DNA of 64,000 nucleotides from Eledone cirrhosa (taxonomy: Eukaryota): the NCBI GenBank assembly GCA_964016885.1, contig OZ024740.1, positions 118,172,001 through 118,236,000 of the forward strand, read 5' to 3'. The position numbers and the translations under genes were made by a program. Positions 1 to 13,002 of this stretch are shown in pieces. The notes under the pieces were generated by a model. The model did no database searches and was not told the DNA's origin. It saw only the letters and a list, made by a program, of their open reading frames with translations. Positions within the stretch are counted from its first letter, which is position 1; each line of letters starts with the position of its first letter.

Positions 1-126
1 ACAAAACGCCAGCATCAACTGTTTTGCAAGAGATGTCAACATGAATGGACCTGTTATTTTTATCTCAAGACATTTTTTCAAATTCCATTCCACCCGTCCC
101 CTCAATCTATCTTGTTTCTCATTCTT

Positions 127-152
127 TCTTCTGATGAAGGACTAGCGCCGGA
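127..152 (+). ncRNA. Degenerate minimal hammerhead-like motif
   Basis: tctt-CTGATGA-aggactagcgcc-GGAAC-gtt-aaga, with GAAA mutated. A related decayed copy lies at about 21816-21852 (tcttCTGATGAaaaactagtgtccaaaactttaaga). Confidence 0.35.
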
Positions 153-261
153 ACGTTAAGACCATCTTGCTGCTATATCAAGCGTTAACCTAATATATCC
201 CTGCCATAATGAACCGATTGTGTTATTTCTGTTTACTTTTTACACACATATATATATATAC

Positions 262-878
262 AGTATATTAACAAATGGAAACTATATTTATAAAACCATA
301 TTTATTTCATTATACATATTTCAAGGGCCACCAAAGTAAACTATGGTGCGCTTTCATCAGATATTATTATTGTTTATCCATGTTACGGTATTCATCCACC
401 CTGTATTTATTTCTTCGCCTCTTCTCTCAAAATTACGCTATTCTCTCTCACTTAAACATACTCAGGTTTTTTTTCTCTTTCTTTCTTTCGTTTTGTCTCA
501 TTTTTTCTCTTTCTTTTTTTTTTCTCTATTCCAACGGCTTAATTTAAATATACTGTTATTTAAACCTTTCCGACTCCTAATTTGCATAATAAACCAACAA
601 TAAATCTAATAACTCCACTCCAGAATGGTTGCATTTTTTAAGGGTATGTCAATATTTATTTATAAAACTAACCTATATTATATTTTATCTGATGAAAGCG
701 CACCATAGTTTACCTCGGTGGCCCTTGAAATATGTATAATGAAATAAATATGGTTTTATAAATATAGTTTCCATTTGTTAATATATTGTATATTTACTCC
801 AATAATTTGTTGAGTGCTTTATCAGTTATAAAAATATTTTGCTTGTTGTATCCCAACAAATTAAGTATAACCTCTACA
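262..878. mobile_element. PLE pseudo-LTR fold-back insertion, family A
   Basis: 262-362 is the reverse complement of about 687-790. The right arm carries an extra ~90-nt tail to 878. Flanked by (TA)n. The same sequence recurs at 12.0-12.5 kb, 44.5-44.9 kb and 61.7 kb. Confidence 0.8.
681..746 (+). ncRNA. Minimal type I hammerhead ribozyme (family A)
   Basis: Stem I tattttat/atgaaata; CTGATGA at 689; stem II aag-cgcacc...ggtggc-ctt; GAAA; near-palindromic stem III tatgta; TA cleavage site. Confidence 0.8.
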
Positions 879-879
879 C

Positions 880-925
<46 letters not shown>

Positions 926-1029
926 GGAAAAAATGAAACGAAATTTCATTCCTCACTCTTAGTACGGCTGTTACTTAAATATAAGTATGTATACGTACAT
1001 AAATATATGTATACATACGTACAGTATTA

Positions 1030-1215
1030 GGGCGGTGAATTGGCAGTATCGGTAGAGGGTCAGACATGCTTTCTAGCATAGTTACGTCCCTTTACGATCT
1101 GAGTTCAAATCCCGCCGAGGTTAACTTTGCCTTTCATCCTTACGAGGTCGATAAAATAAAGTACCAGTAATATACTGGGAAATTGCTGGCCTTGTGCCAA
1201 AAAGTAGAAACAATT
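1030..1215 (+). mobile_element. tRNA-derived SINE (family S1)
   Basis: A box tggcagtatcgg, B box gagttcaaatcc, central domain ctttgcctttcatccttacg(g/a)ggtcgataaaataaagtaccag and 3' gtagaaacaatta. More than 10 copies in the window. Confidence 0.85.
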
Positions 1216-1461
1216 ATGTATATATGTATACATACATGCACACACATATATATATATATATGTACGTATGGATACATACTTATATTTAAGTAACAGCGTA
1301 CTAATAGTGAAGAATGAAATTTCGTTTCTTTTTTTCCGTTTATCGTTTTCGGTGCACCCGGCCGATTAACTCACTCGATATGCAAATTAGGCTGCTCAGC
1401 CGTTAGTATGCATAAGGAAAGTATATACTTTTAGGCGTTCAATCATCTGGCAGGAAGGTAT

Positions 1462-1504
1462 ACATTGCTGACGATAGCTAATAAGCTTGAAACTAGTACA
1501 GCGT
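1462..1504 (+). ncRNA. Minimal hammerhead ribozyme (family D)
   Basis: CTGACGA-tagct-aata-agctt-GAAA-CTAG(palindrome)-TA. Stem I is partly decayed in this copy. Confidence 0.65.
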
Positions 1505-2112
1505 TCCTTTGTCAGTGTTGAACAAATGAGCAACGATGTTTGCTAGACACTGTACGGCTTAATTCGGGATGTTTGTTTACAAACAGACCGAGCATTATAA
1601 TAAATATTCGGTGAATCCATACGTACATATATATATGTGTGCATGTATGTATATATATATACATACTCCTGTACGTCTGTATACATATATGTATGTACGT
1701 ATACATACTTATATTTATTATATATATATATTACCAGCGGAAAATGCTCACAGTCATATAATGCGAAAAAAACAAAAACATTGACACCTCGTCAGCAACA
1801 TTTCTAACACTGCAGTTTTGTGCATTAATGTGGTGCTATATTTGAAATGCCAGTTTCCGCAACATAACGGAGCCCGCTCTGTTGAAATGATACACGGGAG
1901 ACGATTAAAAAAAGAATAGACAGAGAAAATTTAAGAGTGTTTATCAACCGAAGTAGATGCACATATGAACATTTACAACTGGAATTAAATGGACAACCGA
2001 TTGTGCATATAATTGTATATATTCAGGGTTCCCCCCCCCCCAAAAAAAAAAAACCGTATACACACTTCAATAGCATTCTAATATAAGTGTGTATACATTT
2101 GTTAGGACACCC

Positions 2113-2148
<36 letters not shown>

Positions 2149-3090
2149 CAGATATGATATTCAAATGTACACACACATATATATATATATGTGTGTGTGT
2201 ATATATATATATATATAATTAATACAATAACAGAGATAGTTTAAAGCTAAACTCTGACTGGTAACCATCTCACTCAACAAACATTAGGTTATATTAAAAT
2301 ATAGACCCAATTTAAGTGTTTGGGGTGCTAACAATATGTATAATATGGAAAAACCAGTTGTATTATTTTATGAGATATAATTAAAGTTAAAGTATATCTA
2401 TATATATATATATACAGTGAGAGAAGGAGAGTGAGACACACACATAAGCCACACAAAAGCACGCACACTTGCACACAGTTACGCACACGTATACACTTAT
2501 TATATGCGTGTGCGTTTGTGTGTGAGTGTCAAAATATTTTCATAGGAGAAACAGTTTAAAATGCCGAATCACTATCACCCTTTTTATGAGGCTTTGTTGC
2601 AAATATTTTTTGTTATATTATTTGATATTAAAATCATTATGAAGAATTTTTTTAATATTGAAGTATATTATTGTGTTAGAAAATATATATTCGTATACAA
2701 AAGAAAAAAATGAAGCAAGAGGAAAAAGATAGCAGAAAAGAAATGTATGTAAAATAGATAAAAATGTAAAAGAATTTTAGTATGAAACTTAGTTTTTATT
2801 TTAACAATATTGCAGCATTTTTAATCACATCATACCAAAATATTATATATGCTTAACAATACTTTTGATTCGTTTGGAGGTGAAGCGGGGGAAAAAGTAT
2901 TTTGTTAAGATATTTTAGATTTTTTAAGGAGAATTCTATTGCCGTACAACATATTAATATATCAAACAACCTGTTCCTTCTCATCCAACAAATGAACTGT
3001 ATTTTTTCTTTCAGTGCATCTGTCTAAATACACAAACTTGCATGATAGAATAACTTGCTTTCTTTTCTCATCCACCAAAAGAGCAAAAAT

Positions 3091-3281
3091 AATTGTTTCT
3101 ACTTTTGGCACAAGGCCAGAAATTATCTCAGTGTATTACTGGTGCTTTATTTTATCGACCCCGTAAGGATGAAAGGCAAAGTTAACCTCGGCGGGATTTG
3201 AACTCACACCCAAAAGGGCCGTAACTCTTTGCTGGAAAGCATGGCGTCCGACCCTCTACCGATACTGGCAATCCACCGCCC
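3091..3281 (-). mobile_element. tRNA-derived SINE S1
   Basis: Reverse complement of S1. Imperfect TSD caaaagagcaaaaataat / caaaagaacaataataat. Confidence 0.85.
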
Positions 3282-5294
3282 AAAAGAACAATAATAATAT
3301 ATTTTGTGTAGTATACTAGATATAAGGAAAATACAAACCCTACATTCTCATGCAATAAGTTACAAGTAAATTATCAGTATACTTATTTAAATATATTGCC
3401 CAGTAATAGTCGGATTGTAGAACTAGTGGGTGTCTTAAAATAAATACTCTCTATCTGAGTCAATTATACAGTCTTGGTTTCGTCCACAGACTTTATGAAT
3501 TACCATCATTGCTAATATTCTTGAAATCTCACAAATTCGTCTTTTCCATTCCCGTAAAGCCAATAAACCAATAAAGTAATTCTCACAACGATATATTTCA
3601 TTTGTTTACTATTAAAACTAAAAATACAGGCTTCTGCTGTTTGAATATTGTTATTTTTTGCGAAGGCACGTGGCATACTGAATGGGGTGTTGGACTTACG
3701 ATCATAAGGTAATGAGCTTTATTTCTGGACAGATTGGTGTATTGTGTTCTTGAACAAAATACTTATTTCACACATTTCATTCTGCCAGGAGTTGGAACCA
3801 GCAGATAGTATTAGCAATGGAAAGACCAATTGAAATAATGTTTCCTTGATCCGATCTTACGGCTATCACCCCATATTTTTATATCATTTGTGTAAGTGAT
3901 ATATATAAACGTTATTTGTTGGAGAGACAACGAGAGGGGCCTGTATCGCCAAAAGACGTGGAGCTGTGATTTTGGGGCTCCCTACTTGCTTCAAGTACTA
4001 TTACTTTTATGACGTTTTAATAAATGTGCATGTAATGACCGAAAACCATATATAAACATATGTATTTATTACTGGTTAATAACGTGTTTAATTAGCAGTT
4101 TCAAATAACGTCTATATTTCATATTTGATATGAACTTATTACCAGGTTCGGGGGCCTACACCTTATATCTGAAATGGGCCGAGAAACAGCATAGGAGTGT
4201 TTCTTAACACATGGTAGGGTAGAGGTTAAATACAAAACTTATATCTCACAAAACACCAAGTATCTAGGCACGCACTTTCCTAGAACAAGACAAGAAGATA
4301 TGTCTAATAATATAATTAATTTGATTTTTGTGTTTAAATCTTGCTAATATTTATATGTTTTATTCATCTCCTTCCGACTGATAGGATAAGATTGAATAAT
4401 ATCCTGGAAGGTATTCATTCAAGTAAATACAATTGTATTTCCAAAGTAAAATGTCTTTTGACACCAGACTTGTGGAAATATTTAAACAGCATCTTCAATC
4501 ATATAATAGAAAATAACTATATACTATTTCAAGGAGTAGATATTTATAACTCAGTTATAGTGTTCCGACATGAATACATATAATTAGTAACTACTATTCA
4601 CCGTGTCAATACGAAGACTATGGTAAACTTGGGACTGAAATGCTATCTCGAAAAGCGTTAATAACGCACTGAAATTGAAATCAGATAAAAGATTTTATTC
4701 ATTTCAGAGATTTACGTTCTACGATATTACATTGTCCTAATCTTATACAAGATAATATTTCTAATGTATCAACTACATGCTTAAATATTACAGCAGTGAT
4801 TATAATTTGGATCATAGAACAAACTGTATCTTCACATAAATTACAGAATAATTGTAATAAAGAAAGAACGTGTAATGGAGTTGAATACAAGTCAAATGAA
4901 CTCAAGGAATACATAAACAGCTCAAATTCTAATGCTATTCAAATGCTATTCAATTAACAGGGCTAATCTCGTATTGACAGATATCCCTCAATATATAATG
5001 TCAAACAATTGGCTCTCTTCGTCATACTACCGTGACAGACATGATGTATTTCTTTCTTACATAGTTACAGGGCCATAAAATTTCTCGGAGAGAATTCGTA
5101 TAATGTCGATAAATTCTCTTATTTTGAGAGTGGAAATTATAACATTGCCGCCCCTTGCTAAAAGCCAGGCTAACAACAAGTTCCTATAGTCTCTGATGGA
5201 GGGCAAGGCCCTATCTACTTTTCACGAAAATCATCATAATCCTCATCTTCCCATACACACGAATACACATGCGCATTCACTCACTCACGAATGC

Positions 5295-5659
5295 AAACTT
5301 ATACACTCACACATATTCATATGTGCAAGCAATCACTTATATACAAGAACACCCACACAACACACAAACAAAACTACACTCACATAAAGACACACTTACA
5401 CAAATGTAATCCTAGCTCTCTCGTGCATGCAAGCTCAAACACACCAAACCTCAGTGATTTATTTATTTAGACAATCTCTCCTGACGTTAGTGTACTTCAC
5501 TGAGGTTTGGTGTGTTTGAGCTTGCATGCACGAGAGAGCTAGGATTACATTTGTGTAAGTGTGTCTTTATGTGAGTGTAGTTTTGTTTGTGTGTTGTGTG
5601 GGTGTTCTTGTATATAAGTGATTGCTTGCACATATGAATATGTGTGAGTGTATAAGTTT
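5295..5659. repeat. Apparently perfect inverted repeat, 163-bp arms with a 39-bp spacer
   Basis: 5295-5457 is the reverse complement of 5497-5659, with no mismatch seen by eye. Confidence 0.9.
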
Positions 5660-6599
5660 ACACCTGGCTCTGGATTCCTGGTGATTCATCTTTTCAAGGT
5701 CGATGAATACGTACTAGTCTAGTACTAGGATCGATTCTTCCTCTATATTCTATGTTACTTCCTCTCTTTCACTTTCTATTCTACTCTGAAAGAAATATGC
5801 TGTGCTCAGACCTGGAGAGGGATGTGCTTCGCCAAGATTAAAAAGCCCAAGAAACGCCGTATGTCAATACGTCGCCCGTGATTCCATCAGGTGTTACGGG
5901 AGCATACACTGAGAGTTAATTAAAATACATGATTTGCATTCGGTAAGTACCTACTTTATCATAGATAATAGTTATCATGATCATAGTTATGACTGTGTAG
6001 TTAAAATATTTGTTTCACAAACGTGTCTCACTATTCAATGTCACTGAACAGCACATGTATTTACTCCAATAACCCCACTTCATCAATACATCACGAGTGG
6101 AATTTGAAAAACAGAAATTGTGCGGAAGCGTGCCGTATATTTGTATGTATGTGAATGTGTGTGTGTGTATGTATATATGTGTATGTGTATGTGTGTGTGT
6201 ATGTGTGTATTTTGTGGATGTGCATATGCAAATGATATAAACATCGGCAAGAGAAGCAAACAAAAATATCTGATTTTTAAATGAAGTCCTGTGTGGCATC
6301 TGTTCTGCACCGAGATGCATACCCTCCCATATCTCTCTTGCGATCAGAAAGGCGAGAAGCAGAAAATGGTTCATTGGAAACTTGTAACCAATGCCTCATA
6401 TATTCACCAATTGTAATATAAAATCAATAAATTGATCGTGTGACATATTTTAGAAAACTGACAATATTAACTTTGGTTCCTTTGGTGAGGTCAACTCCGT
6501 TGCAAACATTCATGCCAGGTTTCCAGTCTGTAGATAACTTCTCATCTTTCCTTTAGCTTTGTTGCCTTTCATCCTCAGTCATGGACCCCTCTCGGTTGC

Positions 6600-6892
6600 A
6601 ACAATGAATGTCCGAGTAGTTTTAACAACCGATTAACGTGCTTCTGTAATAAATGCGCTAGTTGCTCAATATTCTACAGATATGCATGCCCTTAATTTAG
6701 TTCTCAGGGAGGTTCATCGTATCAATGAGTGTGAGAATGGTGGATCTTTGAATTACAGGTGCAACTCATTTTTCACACATGAGTGGAAAGGAGCAAGGTA
6801 AAATAAAGTGTCTTGTTCCAGGAGGCAATGTACCACCGGCAATCTTTACGATTGTGGACTGAACTCGCTAACCACTATTCCACGCGCCTTCA
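6600..6892 (-). mobile_element. Decayed tRNA-derived SINE (family S2, CORE-like)
   Basis: Contains ggagcaaggtaaaataaagtgtcttg and aaccactattccacgcgcc. Related copies at about 3660-3790, 9356-9487, 37040-37140, 38603-38742 and 44985-45240. Confidence 0.6.
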
Positions 6893-8638
6893 TCTTTTAC
6901 TTCAAAGAAATAAGGGAAAACTAATATGTATTCCTGGCTGATAGCTTAGAGTAGAGTGTTCAAATTTAATCTCAGTCAGTATAATATTTACCAACCTGAA
7001 TGAATATCATTACATTTTGGGGTACAATGTTAAAGGTGAAACGATATCTGTCAGCGGAGAAGTAAAAAAAAACCTGAAATAGTCGAAATGTAAATGTCTA
7101 TTCATTCTCTTTGTAAAGTACTTATTTATAGTTTCTTTCAGAGATTGGGGAAACAAAATCTGTCATATGGTCAGTCATATTGTCAAATGAAATTATGTTA
7201 TTCGAGAGATTAATTTGCCTGTCAAAATTCTGAATAAACACCTTGGCCACTAAAACAAAATTCTTTAGAATTGGTCATTTTATTGACAACTGCCAAAGCA
7301 TTATCGAAATATGTATTGTGTGGAGGTAGGGGCCGACACTAAATCAATGATGATGATGACAAGGATGGTTGTCATAGTGATGATGAGTAGGAGAAAGAAG
7401 TGTTGTGGTGATAGTGATGATGATAATGATGATGATGAATGCCATATTGATGTTTATAAGGATGTTAATGATGATGACGATGATGATGATAGCTCAGAAA
7501 AAAAAAACTAAATAACTTTTATCGACATTAGGATTTTAATTTTAAAATGTTTTTCAATAAGATTATTCAATCTAAAAAAAAAGAAGAAGTAAAAAACAGA
7601 GTAAATAAATATAGCTATTGAGAAGTATTTCCAAAATGTAGATGATTGGTAGTATTGAAGAAAGTATTTATTATCAGTCTTAATTTCTCAAGATAAACAA
7701 ATGACGTGGCCATCTACAGAAAAATATAAAAGGGCAATAGATTTAGATTTAGTTTCTAAGCTACAGAACCAGGGTAATTGAGTCCAGACTGACTGTTCTA
7801 GAAGAAGAATATAAGTGTGTCTCCAAAGATAGTTAGTAGCAAGAAGTACAGAAACGTATGAGACGACAAAGCACTTTCTTACCTTTCAGATATTGTTTAC
7901 TCTCTGCTTTATAGAGTAGTGTATTTCAAAGACGCTGCAAAGACATTAAGATAAATCTTACAATTCAGTACAGCTTGAGAACTTAAATACCTTTGTAATG
8001 AACCATATCATTGTCTTATTCTTTAATACAATCAGGTGAGGAATGGTTCACTTCAGTAAATTTCCTAAAAACAGATAATCTTAGCACTTAGATGAATAGT
8101 CAGTCAATACTATTTTTCTTTATTGCTAATTCTCATGAAACCAAAAGAGTTCTGATGCAAATCTATCTACAATGCGTTCCTTATATTTGTAAATTTTCAC
8201 TTGCATTATTCATGGTGTATTTGCTGGCCTTGTGCCTAAATCAGAAACCATTATCATGGTGTATATATATAGGTTTCGCTGTGCAAACAGGGACAAAACT
8301 AAACACATGACTAGAATGATATATATTTTATTAAAGCTACAAAGCTATACCAGTGACTCGAGGACCAGAGATTTTGTGTTTCAGCGCACTCTTCAAGTTA
8401 TATAATGTATTAATTCTTTCTGTAGACAGACAATAATAATCATTCTCTTTTCAAGATCTAACAGGGCCAGGGCCTCATCAGATCGATACAGGTTTCTGTA
8501 CGGAGAGAAATAAAACCTGAAGGGTAACTGCTGTTTCCTTTTTAATGTGAGCTTAAATTCTATACTTAGCAAAAAGTTATGCTTTTCATTTCACACACGC
8601 ACATGCATACGCGCAGCGCGCGCGCGCACACACACACA

Positions 8639-8695
<57 letters not shown>

Positions 8696-8796
8696 GTAAT
8701 TGTATGTATGAACATAATAGGGGCATGTCTTGAGCATTCTTTTTTAAACATGGCGGAGCCCATTCCTTCTCCAGACAGATAGAGAAAGAGAGAGAA

Positions 8797-8865
<69 letters not shown>

Positions 8866-9167
8866 TCCAATATTGAACTGTACATTTTTATCAACCTCGA
8901 ACGGACGGAAGGCAAAGTTGACCGAGGCGGGACTTGAATTCAGAGCTGAAACGAATACAGCAAAGCATTCTATCCGACGTTCTAACTAGTCTGCCAATTC
9001 GATTTCCGTCTACCACAAGAGCAAAACTCAAAACATTTGTGTAAATTCTCCCCGTGTTTGTTTTTTAAACCTAGAATTAATATATATATATATATATATA
9101 TATATGAAACCAAAAAAGTTCTGATGCAAATCTATATGTAAGGCGTTCCTTATATTTGTAAATTTCT

Positions 9168-9584
<417 letters not shown>

Positions 9585-11164
9585 CTGTGTGTGTGTATAT
9601 GCATGTATGTGTATAATTCAAAGTTATTACAATAAATCGTATTAGTTTCGCACTTATTGGAGAAGGAAGACGAATGTCGCAGCCTATTAGACGTTAGTTC
9701 TTTATCGGGGAAGCATTACATTCCGAGACTGCTGAGGTTAGAAAGGAAAGAAAGTGGAAAATAATGGTTTCTGATTTAGGCATGAGGCCAGCAATTTTGG
9801 GTGCGCGAAAAGTCGATTAAATCACCAAGATTTGAATTCAGAACATAAAGATTCATAAACTCTATACTGCGAAGCATGGTGTCCGATGCTCTACCGATTC
9901 TGCCAAAGGACAGCTTTATCAGAAGTGAGGTGGGGGTGTAAGTAGTTGTGCATGCAGTAGTTGTGTATCCAGAATTGGTGCCAGAACATATGGGTCTATC
10001 AGGGGAGCTGGTATATGTGTGCGGATGAGGTCTATCGTAAATTAGTCTCTCTGATCTGGGTGTATATATGTTTGTATGCATAATGCATAATGCGTTCAAA
10101 TCGCACTAAGGTAAATTTTGGCTTTCGTCTTTTCGTCGTTGATAAATAATGTTTCAATTTAGTGCTGGTACAGATTTCTCTATCTCTTTCTCCCCCCATC
10201 CTCTCTTTCGAAGAAATTGCTTGGCTTAAATGTTTATGTCGTGACGGCGCCCTTTCTTCGACTCCATCAGGATTTCAATGCATATATACGGAATGGTTCA
10301 TTAGAAAAAAAATACTTCCTGATTACTACTGCGAAACAACTAGACTACAAAGTGATTAAGTGGCTGAATGAATTAAATTACGTTTATCAATACACGGCTC
10401 CTAACTTGTTTACGAGCTAGTTCATAGTTAGATATAGAACGACAGATTCTTGGCTTGAAAGGATGCAGGAAATCCGCATGCGTATTTCACTCATACACAT
10501 TAAATGACACGCATGCAAGGGTTTATGAGAAGAACCTTAATTAAAAGAACACGTCTTGAATGAAAAGAAAAAAAACAACTTTCGTAAACATTTAAATTTG
10601 AAACATGCTGCTATGGAGTAATAAAAAACGGGAAAGAATGGAGAGAGGGAAGAGGGATAAAATAGATACCTAACTCAATGAGACGTTTTGGTCTAGGAAA
10701 CACTACAATATAAATTGATTTAGAGAGCATGTGATTTTGTGTGAAGAGAGCTAGTAATTATCTGCACCTTTTAGGATTACCGAATTTCACAAAAAACAAT
10801 TTGTTTTATAAGTGGAAGGTACAGTTGTGTGTGCTTGGGTGCGTGTATCAGATTTGTGTACATAATTTGCCTATCAACGTCCACATTAGTAATATATTTA
10901 GGGTTTCTCATGGTGGGAACTCTTGCTTATCTCGGGATTTTGGTGGAATGAAATCAGCTTTCCTCTTCGGATCCCAGGAAATTCCAGGATGTAATAAATT
11001 TTGTCAATATTTTCAAATGTATCTTATCATTTCATGTTCAAAATATATCCGCCAATGTATCGTACAATCGATACAACAAACTTCAAACAACTTTCAGTTT
11101 TATCTAAACATTTAACAGTATGTACAAATGATACATACATACACACACACACATACCACATATG

Positions 11165-11235
<71 letters not shown>

Positions 11236-11274
11236 TATTAAAATGACTATGCCGTCAATAATATTTTCTTTAAT

Positions 11275-11655
11275 AATTGTTTCTACTATAGGCAAAAACC
11301 AGCGATTTGAGGGAGGGGGAAATGCTTTATTTTATCAACCCCGTAAGGATGAAAGGCAAAGCTAACTTCGGCGAGATTTAAATTCAGAACGCAAAGAGCC
11401 GTAACTCTATGTCAAGAAGGATGTTGTCCGGTGCTCTGTCTATACTGCCAATCCGCTGCCCTTCATAATTGTTTCTACTTTAGGCACAAAGCCAGCAATT
11501 ACCCAGTACATTACTGGTACTTTATTTTATAGACCCCATAAGGATGAAAGGCAAAGTTAACCTCGGCGGGATTTGAACTCAGACTGTAAAGGCACGTAAC
11601 TATGCGTTAAAGCATGGCGTCCGACTCTCTACCGATACTGCCAATCCACTGCCCA
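11275..11655 (-). mobile_element. Two tandem S1 SINEs
   Basis: Two consecutive reverse-complement S1 copies (about 11275-11462 and 11467-11655). Confidence 0.8.
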
Positions 11656-11830
11656 TTCGCTGCCCTTCATAATGACGCCAAATATGTTTATCTTAATTAT
11701 ATGTATTGAATATAAATACCTATTATATTAAATCTTTAGTCTATGTCATGAAAAATGGCTGCCAATCTGGAAAGAGAGCGATTAGAGAGTCGCTGAAAGA
11801 GAGAGAGAGAGAGAGAGTGAGAGAGAGAGA

Positions 11831-11895
<65 letters not shown>

Positions 11896-11974
11896 GGTAG
11901 TGGTTGTAATTGCTGCAACATAATGAAATTCATTTTTTTTAATCCAGCTCTGTAACGACTCCTTATAAAAGTAG

Positions 11975-12015
<41 letters not shown>

Positions 12016-12019
<4 letters not shown>

Positions 12020-12490
12020 AAGTTATATTTAAAATTGTTGGGTTACAACTAGTAAATATTTATAACTGATATAAAAGCACTCGACAAATACTTGGAGTAT
12101 ATTTACAATATTAAATAAATGGAAAACTATATTTATAAAACCATATCTATTTCATTATATATATTTCATTATATATATTTCATTATATATATTTCGGGGA
12201 TATCATATTAACAATATGCTATGCCTTCATCAGACAAAATACAATATAAACAGTTTTATAGATAAATATATTCGACATACCGTAATAAACATCAACTTCA
12301 TTTGATGCTAGAGTGAACCTCTTCAAATGAAGTTGATGTTTATTACGGTATGTCGAATATATTTATCTATAAAACTGTTTATATTGTATTTTGTCTGATG
12401 AAGGCATAGCATATTGTTAATATGATATCCCCGAAATATATATAATGAAATAGATATGGTTTTATAAATATAGTTTTCCATTTATTTAAT

Positions 12491-12498
<8 letters not shown>
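12016..12498. mobile_element. PLE pLTR fold-back, family A
   Basis: Arms at about 12104-12305 and 12323-12498, spacer tgctagagtgaacctct. The left arm has the extra tail 12016-12103. (TA)n on both sides. Confidence 0.85.
12387..12452 (+). ncRNA. Minimal hammerhead ribozyme (family A)
   Basis: tattttgt-CTGATGA-stem II-GAAA-TATATA-TA-atgaaata. A mirror copy lies on the minus strand at about 12176-12241. Confidence 0.7.
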
Positions 12499-12563
<65 letters not shown>

Positions 12564-12566
<3 letters not shown>

Positions 12567-13002
12567 AAAAAATGAAATTTCATTTCTCACTCTGAGCACG
12601 GCTGATACTTAAATATAAGTATGTATACGTACATACATATATGTATAGAGACGTACAGTAGAATGTATATAGATACATGCACACATATATATATGTACGT
12701 ATGGGTTTACCGAACATTTATTATAATGCTCGGTTTGTTTGTAAACAAACGAATTATTAGCCGTACAGTGTTCGGCAACCATCGTTGCTATTTTGTTCAA
12801 CACTCAGAAAGGAACGATGAACTAGTTTCTAGCTTATTAGCTGTCATCAGCACCGTATACCTTCCTGTCAGTCGATTGAACGTTTGAAAGTATATACTTT
12901 CCTTATGCATATTAACGGCTGAGCAGCCTAATTTGCATATCGAGTGAGTTAGTCGACCGGGCGTACCGAAAACGATAAATAAAAAAATGAAATTTCATTT
13001 CC
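12564..13002 (-). mobile_element. Retrozyme-like ~420-bp element (family D)
   Basis: Homologous to 1260-1717. Terminal redundancy aaaaaatgaaatttcattt at about 12567 and 12983. Abuts (TA)n. Confidence 0.7.
12814..12856 (-). ncRNA. Minimal hammerhead ribozyme (family D)
   Basis: Minus strand: acggtg-CTGATGA-cagct-aata-agcta-GAAA-CTAG-TT-catcgt. Stem I acggtg/catcgt pairs fully. Confidence 0.75.

Larger units (their letters stand above)
922..1717. mobile_element. Retrozyme-like ~430-bp HHR element (family D) with inverted partial copy
   Basis: 922-1000 is the reverse complement of 1260-1340. 1262-1717 is a terminally redundant unit (tacgtat..catacttatattta at both ends). Homologue at 12564-13002. 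(TA)n flanks. Confidence 0.7.

Noticed and set aside
1030-1110. tRNA genes
   Set aside because: The A and B boxes belong to SINE heads. There is no cloverleaf, and they are followed by SINE body and tail, with TSDs in several copies.
8137-9165. ~60-bp direct repeat (8137-8197 and 9106-9165) as LTRs or a TSD
   Set aside because: It is diverged, too long for a TSD and encloses only unrelated repeats. Probably a small local duplication.
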